A stretch of 64,000 bases of DNA from Octopus sinensis (taxonomy: Eukaryota): NCBI RefSeq assembly GCF_006345805.1, contig NC_042997.1:198214001-198278000 (forward strand), read 5' to 3'. The translations under genes and the position numbers were made by a program. The notes under the pieces were generated by a model that saw nothing but the letters and a program-made list of their open reading frames with translations, ran no database searches and was not told the DNA's origin. Each line of letters begins with the position of its first letter. Position 1 is the first letter of the stretch. Below, in pieces: positions 52,373 to 64,000 of this stretch.

Positions 52373-53357
52373 GGTGTGAGAGTGTGGTTAAGAAATAGTT
52401 AATTTAGATAAGATATAAAATAGAGAGTGAGGTGGAGGAAAGAAAAGAAACTAGATGTGAGATATGTAGGGATATTGCATTTGTAGATCCATTTCCTAGG
52501 AAGAATGGTTTACATAAAAGATTCCAATACCTCATGAGTAAAATCCAATAGTATTTAAAATTGGTCATTCCAAGTATCGAGTTTATTCACAATGTTATTG
52601 AATCAACATTGACACGAGTACTTGCCTGGTATCTTATTTTATCGACCTCGGTGTAATGAAGGACAAAGTTGTCCTCGACAGCATTTTAACACAACTGGAA
52701 GAAAGGTCCCTGAGCATTTTGTCTGACATACTAACGATCTGCCAGTTCGCTTGTATTTTATATTATGTCGTTTTTATGTTATGAACAGTTTTTAATAGAT
52801 TTCTAGAACTACGCAAAATCATCGCTTTAAAATATAAACCACCCTAAATTTCGTCCACGCTTTCTTGTAATATTTCAACTAATACAAATATGGAGTATGA
52901 TTGCCTGTGGTTATGTATTAAAATTGTTATCTCGTAAAGCATATAGAAATATTGGTATCTTAAAAATCTTTTGAAATCTTTCGACGGTTAATCAATCTTT
53001 TTTTCTTTTTCCTTAAACTTTAGATATGGTAAATGCATCTGGAATGTTTTATTATATCTCTATTTCTGATTGGAATTAGATCTATATTTAGATTCAGATT
53101 GTTTCTTAGTTGAGAATCTGACACTAGATTAAGAAGCTGATGTGGGTATTATGTATTAAAGGGATTTATAGAATTAATCTCATCGTTATTTTTACTTTCA
53201 TATTTTTGCGCTGTGATGCATTCATTCAACGAAATCTATTTTTTCACATCAGCCATTTCTTCTTTCCTTGCCGTTCTTCCTTATTCTTCTGGAATACAAA
53301 ACATCTTCTGAAATTAGGTTTTTCCATTTATTCCGAGCATTTACATTTCAACTTTTA

Positions 53358-53730
53358 GGGCGGCGAGCTGGTAGAGTCGTTAGCACGTATGCCGTTACGT
53401 GCTGAGTTCAAATTCCGCCGAGGTCGCCTTTGCCTTTCATCCTTTCGGGGTCGATTAAATAAGTACCAGTTATGCACTGGGGTAGATATAATCGACTTAA
53501 CCCGTTTATCTGTCCTTGTTTTTCCTCTCTGTGTTTAACCCCTTGTGGGTAGTAAAGAAATAGGTATTTCGTCTGCCACTACGTTCTGAGTTCAAATTCC
53601 GCCGAGGTCGACTTTGCCTTTCATCCTTTCAGGGTCGATTAATTAAGACCCAGTTACGCACTGGAGGTCGATGTAATCCTTTTGTCTTTGTCCCCTCTAT
53701 GTTTAGCTCCTTGTGGCCATAAAGAAATAA
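53358..53730 (+). mobile_element. SINE type B dimer
   Basis: Junction gtaaagaaataggtatttcgtctg at ~53555. Confidence 0.9.
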
Positions 53731-53749
53731 ATATTTTAATCTATCTATC

Positions 53750-53761
53750 GCCATCTGTGTG

Positions 53762-53828
<67 letters not shown>

Positions 53829-54299
53829 CTATCTATCTGTTTGCATACTTATGTAACTATCTATCTACTTCCGTCTTCTGCTGGTATGTCTGCCTGTCTG
53901 TCCGTCTGCCTGACGGTCTGTGTTTGCGTGTGTGTCTGTATGTGAGTGTGTCTGTTTATCGATCGACCAATCGATATATCTTTCGATCGATTTATCTATC
54001 CACCTTTCCTCACCACCATTATCAACATCACCAGCAGCAGCAGCAGCAGCAACATCGCCACCGTCAGCAATCTTTTTCTTTCTCTTCTTATCAATTGGGT
54101 TCTTCCTCTTTCTACTTTCTCTTCCAGCAGCAGCAGCGTAACTACTACTACTACTACAACTACTACTACAACTACTACTACTACCACCACCACCACCACC
54201 TCCACCACCACCACTACTACTGCTGCTGCTACAAGTACAGCTACTACTACAGCGGCTGCTGCTGCTCTGACTGCTACTACTACTACTTCCACCACCACC

Positions 54300-54333
<34 letters not shown>

Positions 54334-54389
54334 TTACTACTACTACTACTACTACTATTACTACTACTGCCATACTACTACTACTACTA

Positions 54390-54472
<83 letters not shown>

Positions 54473-54661
54473 ACATTTCTATGTGCTTTAGATTTCATTC
54501 TGATCATCACCTTATTGGCAATCACATATTGCTTTTTTTTTCAGTTTTTTTATCTTCATTTTAGTTTTCCTATCTGATATTTTTATTACTACTACCAATA
54601 GCTACGTCACAAATATCAATAAAAACGATAGCAACAACAACATCTACTACTAGTAGTCGTG

Positions 54662-54710
<49 letters not shown>
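53750..54710. repeat. (TATC)n, (CAG)n, (TAC/CAC)n and (TAG)n microsatellite cluster
   Basis: Direct inspection; generates the poly-Y/T/H/Q ORFs. Confidence 0.95.
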
Positions 54711-54712
<2 letters not shown>

Positions 54713-55194
54713 TTTAGCCAGCGGGACCTGTATAAATTCTATGGTGTAATATTTCAAAATGTTGTATTACTATATTAAGCGCAAGCAAAGAATTTCAAAA
54801 AAGTTCTTTTGAAACCCTGCAATTTAAAGATAGAAGTGAAGCCCACAGCTATTTGCTAAGTGAGGTTATTTTACTTTGATTTAAATGGCAAAGAGTAAAG
54901 ACTCCCCTTGGTCATGAATGACAATGGGATTGCTCCTGGAAAGTATCCCTCTAAGACAAAAGTCCGGACAAAGTTGTTTATAGAAGACCAGCTGTCGCTC
55001 ATGTACAGCAGCCTCTCGTCTCCACGCCACTGATGTTATCCAAGGGAAAAATCCGATACAGCTTGGGTGGTCAAGCTGTATCGGATTTTTCTTTATATAT
55101 ATAAAGTTAATCCAAACAAGCAAGCACAAAAAACACAACAACGCGAGGACGTGGAACAAATATAGTATTATTGGACGCTCAGGAAAGAAGGAAG

Positions 55195-55229
55195 GTTTAA
55201 CGTTTCGAGCGGAGCTCTTCGTCGGAAAC
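55195..55229 (-). ncRNA. Minimal hammerhead motif (CCGACGA core) within Penelope-type remnant 55130-55330
   Basis: gttt-CCGACGA-a-gagc tcc gctc-GAAA-cg-TT-aaac. Confidence 0.5.
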
Positions 55230-56000
55230 ATAGAAGGAAAGATCCAGAGAAGGGAAGACAGAGGAAAAAAAATCGCCAACGGTACACACGCGGTCACATT
55301 TTGAACGGTACACTCGCGGTCATACGATACATATATAGGGCAGCGAATATTCGCTATAAATATCACCACCAGTGGTCCAACATGTTTAAATAGTCAATAG
55401 ACAACATATCCAAATATGTATCGTTATCTTTTATCTTTTACTTGTTTCAGTCATTAGACTGAGGCCATGCTGGGGCACCGCCTTTTAATGTATATATATA
55501 TTTAATATATATTTGCCAACTAAATGTGCCGGTCCCATAAAGGACGATGTTACTGTTGTTTTTAGCCCCAGGAAGACATCTCCTCCAGCTGGCTAACGAC
55601 ACATTCTGTGTCCGATTAGTGTTGGCGAGGGAAGGTCATCGATCCCATCCCTAGCCTCACGTGATACACACAGACCCGGGTTTCTAGGTCGTTTCCCGTC
55701 TTCAGTGTGTGACAAATCACCAGCTAGTGATGAAAACACATTCCACTCGCAAAATAGTATATGCTTTTTCAAGCGACAAACTGTCGCTCATCTCGAAAAA
55801 GGAGAAAAGAGAAATAAACTATATTAAATCTCTGAACGAGATGTAAACTGTAACTGCACGGAATCGTAAAATATACGTGCCAACTAAATATGCTTGCATT
55901 TATTTCAATATTTTCCATTTCAGTGAGCTCCCTCATAAATTTCTATTATGTAAAACAATCATGTTATACACTTACAAAGTTTACATTCATATATCTAGCT

Positions 56001-56302
56001 GTGGAGGCGCAATAGCCCAGTGGTTAGGGCAGCGGACTCGCGGTCGTAGGAACGCGGTTTCGATTCCCAGACCGGGCCTTGTGAGTGTTTATTGAGCGAA
56101 AACACCTAAAGTTCCACGAGGCTCCGGCAGGGGATGGTGGCGATCCCTGCTGTACTCTTTCGCCACAACTTTCTCTCACTCTTTCTTCTGTTGTCCTGCT
56201 CACTTGGGCAGCGGGGTGGCGTCATTTAAAGGCTAAAACAATGCGAAGCTCATTGTGACCAGCGATGTGTAGCAACATCTGATAGCCTGGTCGATCACGG
56301 TG
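56001..56302 (+). mobile_element. SINE type C with a third tail type, TSD present
   Basis: 10-bp TSD atatctagct (55991-56000 / 56303-56312). Confidence 0.88.
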
Positions 56303-57246
56303 ATATCTAGCTACAACATTTCATCCCTCTATTATGAAGTTGAAATTAATTTTCGTGCACATTTCTTATTTTAAACACATAGGAGCGTTTTGAATTGTAA
56401 ATTATTCGAAAGTATGTTCTCGATAGTTCTGGCTGCTTCTATATATAATTGGTTTAGGTGATACAATTTCTTTAAATATTACAACACATTTTGCGCAACT
56501 TGCTCTTCGCTTTAATTGAGGTAAAGATATTAAGTTATCGCAAAAATTTGTGAGCTTTAACTCCCCAAAGCACAGAAATTTGCTCTGATATATAGATATT
56601 GTATTTGACTAAATGTCTTGATTTAATTTTCCTGTACCTATTTGTTTTAGATTTACCTATGTGGCTTTTATACATATTATCGATCTTCGATCTGTTTCCG
56701 CTTTATTTTGCCGTCTCACTAATTTACTTAGCATAAGAAAAATATTCTCAGTATAATTGCGCAGTTATTATAATTTAATAAAGCAGTTCTTCCCGTGATC
56801 TGGTTTTCAATTCTTTTCTTAATGTCGATTTTAACGTCTTTGGGTGCACTCACAAGTATTTGCATATCAAATTAATTATTCATAAATAATTTCTCGTTAT
56901 TTTCGGCTTTGAATGTAATTAGTTTCCATTCGTTGGTATATTCAAGCGTTGTGAATTCATCTCGTGATGAAAACCAGATCATATCGGAAATAATATTTGG
57001 CAGACTTCCCCATCCAGACACAGAACATAGACACTCAGTGACAATAATGTTATTAGCAGAGACACCCAAGATGAAAATGGGGGCCCAGCAAAGTAATTGT
57101 TGGTAGTGGGGGTCGACAGAAATGTCCAACGTAGTGTGATAATATATATTTGCAGTTGCGACTTTCAGTATCTAAACCTCGCATATCACCTCCAGTGATT
57201 AACATATCCACTTTCGGACAGACGCGAAGTTTTAACTACAGAAAAA

Positions 57247-57880
57247 TATTCTTTTCTACTCTAGGCATCAGGCCCAAAAGTTTTAGAGACGAGGCCAGTC
57301 GATTTGATCGATCCCAGTATGCAACTCGTACTTAATTTATCAACCCCGAAAGGATGAGGGGCAAAGTCAACCACGTCCGAATTTGAACTCAGAACGTAAA
57401 GACAGACGAGATACCACTAAACATTTCGCCCAGCGTGCTAAAGTTTCTGACAGCTCTCCGCTTTATATATGGAACATATTCTTTTCTACTCTAGGCACAA
57501 GGCCCAGAAGTTTTGCAGAGGGGGACGGTCGATTAGATCGACCCCAGTACGCAACTAGTACTTAATTTATCAACACCAAAAGGATGAAGAGCAAAGTAAA
57601 CCCGGCGGAATTTGAACTGAGAACGTAGCGGCGGCGTGCTAACGTTTCTTATTTCTTTACTGCCCACAAGGGACTACACACAGAGGGGACAAACAGACAA
57701 ACAAACGGATTAAGTCGATTATATCGACCTCAGTGCGTAACTGGTACTTATTTAATTCCCCCCGAAAGGATGAAAGGCAAAGTCGACCTCGACGGAATTT
57801 GAACTCAGAACGTAGCGGTAGACGAAATACCGCTCAGCATTTCGCCCGGCTTGCTAACGTTTCTGCAAGCTCACCGCCTT
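57247..57880 (-). mobile_element. SINE type B trimer mixing both tail types
   Basis: Three aaaggatgaa/gaaaggatgag cores at ~57350, ~57578 and ~57765. Confidence 0.88.
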
Positions 57881-58693
57881 AACGACATAAAATATTACAA
57901 AAGTTTTGGTATAATACGAGTAATATGCTATAAGCGTAATATACGATGTTTTCTTACTTTCAGGCACCTGTTCTGCTTTTTGTGTTATATTTTAATCTTG
58001 TAATATTGGTTTAAAATAGTGACACAAACCAGCATTTCGTCTGATGTGCTAACGATTCTACCAACTCGCCCTTTTCGATCTTCTACTATTAAGATCCAGT
58101 AAGGTGGTGAGCTGGCGGAATCGTTTGCACCCACGCACACACACACACTTATATATAAATACATATATGCAAAGGCTTCTTGCAGTTTCCCTTTACCAAA
58201 TCCACCTAGAAGGATTTGGTCTGTCCAGGGCTAGTAGAAGATACATCATCAAGGTGCCACGCACACATTAGGATCGTACCTGAAACCATGCTGTTGGTAA
58301 GCAAACTGCTCACTACAGAGCCACACCTATATAATATCTACTTTCATTTTCCAATATTTATTTCGACGAAAGTTTTAACACTCACCCATTTTTCTTTGCT
58401 TCTCTGTCCTCTTTACTCTCTCTCTCTCTCTCTTTCTTTTTTTCTTTCTTTCTTTCCTTCTTTCTTTCTTTTTCTTATTCGAAAAGTGAATTGTTTGCGA
58501 ATACGTTCTCGTTTTGCCAGTTGTTTCTGACTTACAGATATTTATACAATATCAAATAGTCTACAAGTGTTATTGACACTAACAAGAAAGCATCTGTTAA
58601 AGAGCTGCATGTATTTAAGTTATGAAACAAACTACACACATACAGACATAAACAAATAGATATATAGACCCATACATTCATACATACATACAT

Positions 58694-58724
<31 letters not shown>

Positions 58725-59515
58725 CACACACACATTCATTCATACATACATTTGCATCTATGTATGCAAATATATATATATTTGTATGCAAATATATATA
58801 TATATATGTATACATGTATATATGTATATATAAAGTATATTTATAGCTACATACATACATACATACATACATACATACATACATACATACATACATACAG
58901 TCGTTGGAAACGTGATAGCTTTATCATTTATATCTCCCTCTCGCTAATCCTTCCTCATTGTACATAAAGATATTTTTCTTTTGTATCTATGAAGTATTTA
59001 TTCACATAATTTAATACAACAATACATCGCAGGAATTCGATTTCGTGTATTACTCTAGTGTTGATTTTTACCGAGTTTGAATACATTAGCGAAACTTTTC
59101 TCGCTCGGTGAATTATTTATGAATACGCTCCGTATATTTCATGTTATTCCTGTATATCATGTTTGCATGCTATAATATTTTGAAGCAGTCACAAAACTTA
59201 GAAGTCATTTCATTTTTGTTGACGATGGTATTAAGTTCTCAGACGGTCAAGCAAATATCAATTCGTTTCAACTGTTTTTCTGTAGATAGAACGATTATAC
59301 TTTGAAGCGATTCCTACTACTGACGATCATGTTGATGAAGAAAGCGCATTGCATATCATGTAACACTCAACAACTCTTGTTCAGATTTCTATAAGTAGGT
59401 GATAATATCTACAGGAAAAGAAAATTATTTCACGGCAAATAGATAACACTGTAGTGGGAGAATTGATACCCGTCGTGGACAGGATTTAAAATGTGCTTAG
59501 AAAGAAAGAGACGAA

Positions 59516-59736
59516 CCCTTTCGTTACTGCATTTATTTTGAGATGCTCTGTGTTTCTTTCAATTACTTTAAATATAACAAAGAATTTAGTAAAATAACTT
59601 AGTTATCATTCAGCTCGTGTTAGGAACATAAATTGCGACTAAGGTTTGGTGGAAGATTTTAATTCAAAACTTATGAAAACAAGACATTTGTACTACAGAG
59701 CCAGAGCTAGTTTCAGCCGGGTTGGTAACGAAAGGG
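59516..59736. mobile_element. piggyBac-like MITE
   Basis: TIR ccctttcgttac / gtaacgaaaggg; TTAA flanks decayed (cgaa / ttag). Confidence 0.7.
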
Positions 59737-60371
59737 TTAGAGAGAAAACGGGCCACATTTATTGTCATTGTGTGGGGTGTAAACTAAGAATGTAAAATTC
59801 CAATCCGTGAGGCAGATGAGGTAGAGATGCTGCTACGGGGATTCTCAGCTTTGTGAACTTTGGGGAAGTAATCGATGATAGACATTCTGAATGCACAGAT
59901 GCTGTTCGTCAAGGTACGAGAATGAGGGTTCGATATGATAGTGTACGCTGAAGAACTGAAGTAGAAAAGATAAGTTGCCAATGTGCTTCAAACAACTTTA
60001 CCAACGTCATCTGTGCCACTAGAAATCTCGTATATTGCTTCAAATACTGAAATATGCGGCCTAGTATATGTAGGTAAAATCCTTTGGTCCTGAAATAATT
60101 TTTCCATCATAACTCAGGGTCCAGTAAATATTATCCCCTATTAAGGTCAGGATAAGAATCAACATTTATACAAAATCTTCAACATGGCCGAGTATATAAA
60201 ACTAGGACACCGTCAGTTGATATTTCAGTTCGGCGTCTCAAAGACTTCGGCTTTTTACACGACCGTACCCAATGTTCAAATCCCCACGAGAAAAAACACA
60301 CTTCTTTCATTTAGGACCCATATGTTTTCCGTAGTTAAATAATTACTTGCACACATTCATAAAAGCTGTAC

Positions 60372-60520
60372 GGCTGTGTGGTAAGTAGCTTGCTTACCAA
60401 CACGTGGTTCTGGGTTCAGTACACTGCGTGGCAACTTGGGCAAGTGTCTTCTACTATAGTCTCGGGCCGACCACTGCCTTGTGAATGGATTTGGTAGACA
60501 GAAACTGAAAGAAGCCTGTC

Positions 60521-60616
<96 letters not shown>

Positions 60617-60820
60617 TTGTGTCTCTGTGTTTGTTCCCCCAACATCGCTTGACAACCGATGCTGGTGTGTTTACGACCACGTAACTTACGGTTCGGCAAA
60701 AGATAGAATAAGTACTAGGCTTCCAAAGAATAAGTCCTAGGGTCGATTTGCTCGACTAAAGGTGATACTCCAGCTTGGCCGCAGTCAAATGACTGAAACA
60801 TGTAAAATAGAGTAAAAGAA
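60372..60820 (+). mobile_element. SINE type A, near full length
   Basis: All modules present, internal (TA)n(TG)n. Confidence 0.9.
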
Positions 60821-60949
60821 AATACCCCCAAAATACACGTACATATATCGTGCTGTTTTCATTAAAACAACACAACAATCACCATATTATAGCATTTTAT
60901 TAAACACACAGAAACAACAACACTAAATACACTCACAGCACACGTACTC

Positions 60950-61450
60950 ATATAAAATGGCCGCATGCATTTTCTAACAGTCTCCATTTCCGTACTCGTA
61001 GAGCAACGCCATTTTATACACAAATATACACCTACCACGTACTGAAACACACAGCAGACACACACAACGTTAGATATATACGCATAAAATCGCAATGACA
61101 TACAACTCACGTTCACATTATTTCTTTCAATATTGCTCTCGACTTTGTAAAGTTCCTTTGCTTGCTCTCCCCATTTCGCTCCACCAGTTCATTCGCCATT
61201 TAATTACAAATTATCTTGCATGAGCTACGTTCCACACTAATTTTCTCTCCTTTCATCTTCTTTATTTCTTTTCTTTCCTCCTTTTACGTTTCTTTTACGA
61301 AGGAGAACCACACCGAGGCAGAACAACATTCCAGCGTGAAACTAATAAATTAACTCGGTGTTTCCGGTTTATGGTTGTGAGTGTTGTTCTTAAGACACTT
61401 CTTTGGGTTTCATACACGCCGATGAATTAATTAGACGCCGTTCCTCGTGG
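60950..61450 (-). promoter_or_regulatory. Possible 5' exon/promoter-proximal region of a minus-strand gene
   Basis: Unique, CpG-containing sequence; gtgagt donor after 61111; YY1-like aaaatggcg motifs at ~60955 and ~61010; short uORF-like MANELVERN... Confidence 0.25.
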
Positions 61451-61838
61451 ACTATCCTGTTCAGATTACACAGCGTCTAAGATTACATATACACAAACAC
61501 ACACACAGACACACACTGATACGTTCACATACATACAGGTGTGTTTGTATTTTGGCAGTGAGAATTTATTATTTAGGTATTTACGTATGTCTGTATGTAT
61601 GAGTTTTTGTGTCACACGGACACAAACACGTTTGACACCACCTCTACTACTACTACAAGAAAAAATGGTGTTATAACGAGATGTTGGCTTAGCACCTCAA
61701 TAAACATAATCAATAAAATAATTACCTGATGGAAATACGTAAAAGAGTTGATATTTCCGAATAATAAACCCTTTGGGACACTCCATCTTCATGGTAACGG
61801 AATAATGATTGAAGCATTTCGAAGAAGGAATAAATAAA

Positions 61839-62207
61839 GGCTGCGAGCTGGCAGAAACGTTAGCACGCCGGGCGAAATGTCTAGCGGTATTTCGTCTGCC
61901 GCTACGTTCTGAGTTCAAATTCCGCCGAGGTCGACTTTGCCTTTCATCCTTTCGGGGGCAATTAAATAAGTATCAGTTACGCACTGGGGGTCAATATAAT
62001 CGACTTAATCCGTTTGTCTGTCATTGTTTGTCCTCTCTGTGTTTAGCCCCTTGTGGGCAGAAGAGAAATAAGAAGCTTGCTTCCCAACCACATGGCTCCG
62101 AGTTCAGTGCCACTGCGTGGTACCTTGGGCAAGTGTCTTCTACTATAGCCTCGGTCCGATCAAATCTTATAAGTGGGTTTGATAGAAGGTATCTGAAAGA
62201 AGCCCAT

Positions 62208-62252
<45 letters not shown>

Positions 62253-62465
62253 GTGTCTGTTTGTGTCTATGTTTGTGCTCTACCCCACCATCGCTTGACA
62301 ACCGATCTTGGTGTGTTTATGTCTCCGTAATATAGCGGTTCGTCAAAAAGAGACTGATAAAATAATTACTAGGCTTACAAAGAATAAGTCCTGAGATCGC
62401 TTTGTTCGAGTAAAGGCGTTGCTCTAGCACGGCCTCAGTCAAGTGACTGACACAAGTAAAAGAAT
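61839..62465 (+). mobile_element. SINE B directly fused to a 5'-clipped SINE A
   Basis: B tail aagagaaata (62061-62070) runs into agaagcttgcttcccaaccacatgg of the A head. Confidence 0.85.
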
Positions 62466-62718
62466 AAAAAAAATATAAAATAAAATATTTGCGTATATCT
62501 TTGGGTTTGATCATTTTCATTAACGATTCGAAAGTTTCCTACATTTGTCCCCTCAGTTCAATTTCGAATACAAGCCTTCATAAATCCATTCGATCATAAT
62601 AAACCATGTCAAAATTTCAATAAATAATGTCTCATAGAGATCTCGTCTTCAGTTTGCACAAAAACATGCATCCTACGCAAACACACACATACACACACAC
62701 ACACACATACATACATAC

Positions 62719-62990
62719 ATCAGTGAAAACGAAAGTAAATACGCTGATGTATTGAGGAATCAACTGCTGCTGCTCTATCCAGATCAAAAGTTCAGGTTTA
62801 TACCTGAAATCCTTGGAGCACTGGGATATGTAAGACACTGTCTAAATACCAATCTTGAGAAATTAGGTTTCTAAAACAAGAAAGGTGAAAGCTTATACGA
62901 AGACTATAGATATAAGCCATCATTGGGACTATAAAAATCTGTCAAGCTTTCCAAAAGTTTATCATTTAAGAATATATGACTGTCTTCTGT
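62719..62990 (+). mobile_element. RLE-domain fragment of an R4/NeSL-type non-LTR element
   Basis: ISENESKYADVLRNQLLLLYPDQKFRFIPEILGALGYVRHCLNTNLEKLGF*; K..KY..L and GALG motifs. Confidence 0.7.
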
Positions 62991-64000
62991 GAAAATGAAT
63001 CATCATATGTAGATAGATATATAGATAGATAGATAGATAGAGGGGGAGAGAGATAATGAGGCGGCAGAAAGGGATAGAGGCAGTGTATTTAACTCTAGGT
63101 TATTTCACTACATCCCTTTTAAGTCCTTTCTGTGTAATTTAAGACGTATCTGGCTATCATTTCCAGCATGCAGACCAAATAGTTATCCGTTTCCTCATTA
63201 TCTGTTTGTTTTTATTCTTATGTGGCAACAGCAAATACCACTAATTGCCAAACCTTTCGTTATAGACCGTTTATTTCTATCAGACTTAACATTTTTAACT
63301 GCCAATTTTCTTTATTTCGGTTGTTTTCTTCACTAAATTTGAAATTTGTGTCTCAAGTTATTTTGGAAGAGAATTTTTCTTCGAGTTATAGTAATTACTT
63401 CTTTTAGAAGCACCAGCCACATTTGTCTACAAAATAATAAACTTTTGGTTTAATTACACCCAAAATAAATACAATAAAAACATTTTATTGTTGTCACAGT
63501 TTTTTTTGCTTATTACTATACGGTAGACAGAAACTACATAAATCACTATTTTAAGCCTTTTCATAAGTGAAATCTCATTCATTCTTAATAATCAATCGAT
63601 TCTATGTTCATATCGATTACTCTACTGCTTTTTATAGATAAGGTTATTTTTTGCTTTCTAAATATAAAAAAGAACTAATAAGAATAGGTTACATCGGTGT
63701 TTTATATGTCTGATATGCTCTGTTTCTTTCTTATATTTGGATTTACCAGTCTAATCTAAGATCCCCTCTACGTAGTTATATATTAAACAATGACGCCCAC
63801 TCTATCGTACGAACGGATGAAATTAATAAAATTTCAATATGGCGTTCTCAGTAAATATTTTCTTATGAACATTAATATTATTATTGCGTTCCTTGATAAG
63901 TGTTATTTTCTCTTGTAGATATATAACCTCTTCCCTAATTTTTTACAATGAAATAGCAATGTCAATTTTATGTTTTATCGAAATATTTTTACACAAGTAA

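Noticed and set aside
53759-54577. 272-aa ORF with poly-Q/H/Y runs
   Set aside because: Lies entirely on (TATC)n, (CAG)n and (TAC)n tracts; no splice signals or domain.

Overview
AT-rich, microsatellite-dense eukaryotic DNA with the repeat landscape of an octopus (coleoid cephalopod). The organism is inferred from the SINE types and the density of (TA)n/(CA)n/(TATC)n tracts, not from a search. Most ORFs in the supplied track are translated microsatellites. The window is mostly intronic/intergenic and holds four tRNA-headed SINE types (working labels A-D), 3' fragments of CR1-group LINEs, fragments of restriction-like-endonuclease (R4/Dong-type) non-LTR elements, a decayed Penelope-like RT (Naiad-like), a complete non-autonomous Helitron, hAT- and piggyBac-type MITEs, and many long hairpins. 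No host gene can be named; a few small candidate exons, mostly on the minus strand, are listed at low confidence. The most notable signals are: (1) a ~344-nt tandem unit carrying a type I hammerhead ribozyme fold (retrozyme-like, 19397-19849), plus several minimal hammerhead-like motifs in Penelope-type remnants, including a family with a shared CUGUNGA core variant; (2) a SINE that recurs as head-to-tail ~184-bp multimers with one fixed junction, inserted as single units with TSDs and expanded into a small higher-order array; (3) a LINE 3' UTR matching the tail of the commonest SINE, and SINEs with swapped body/tail modules.
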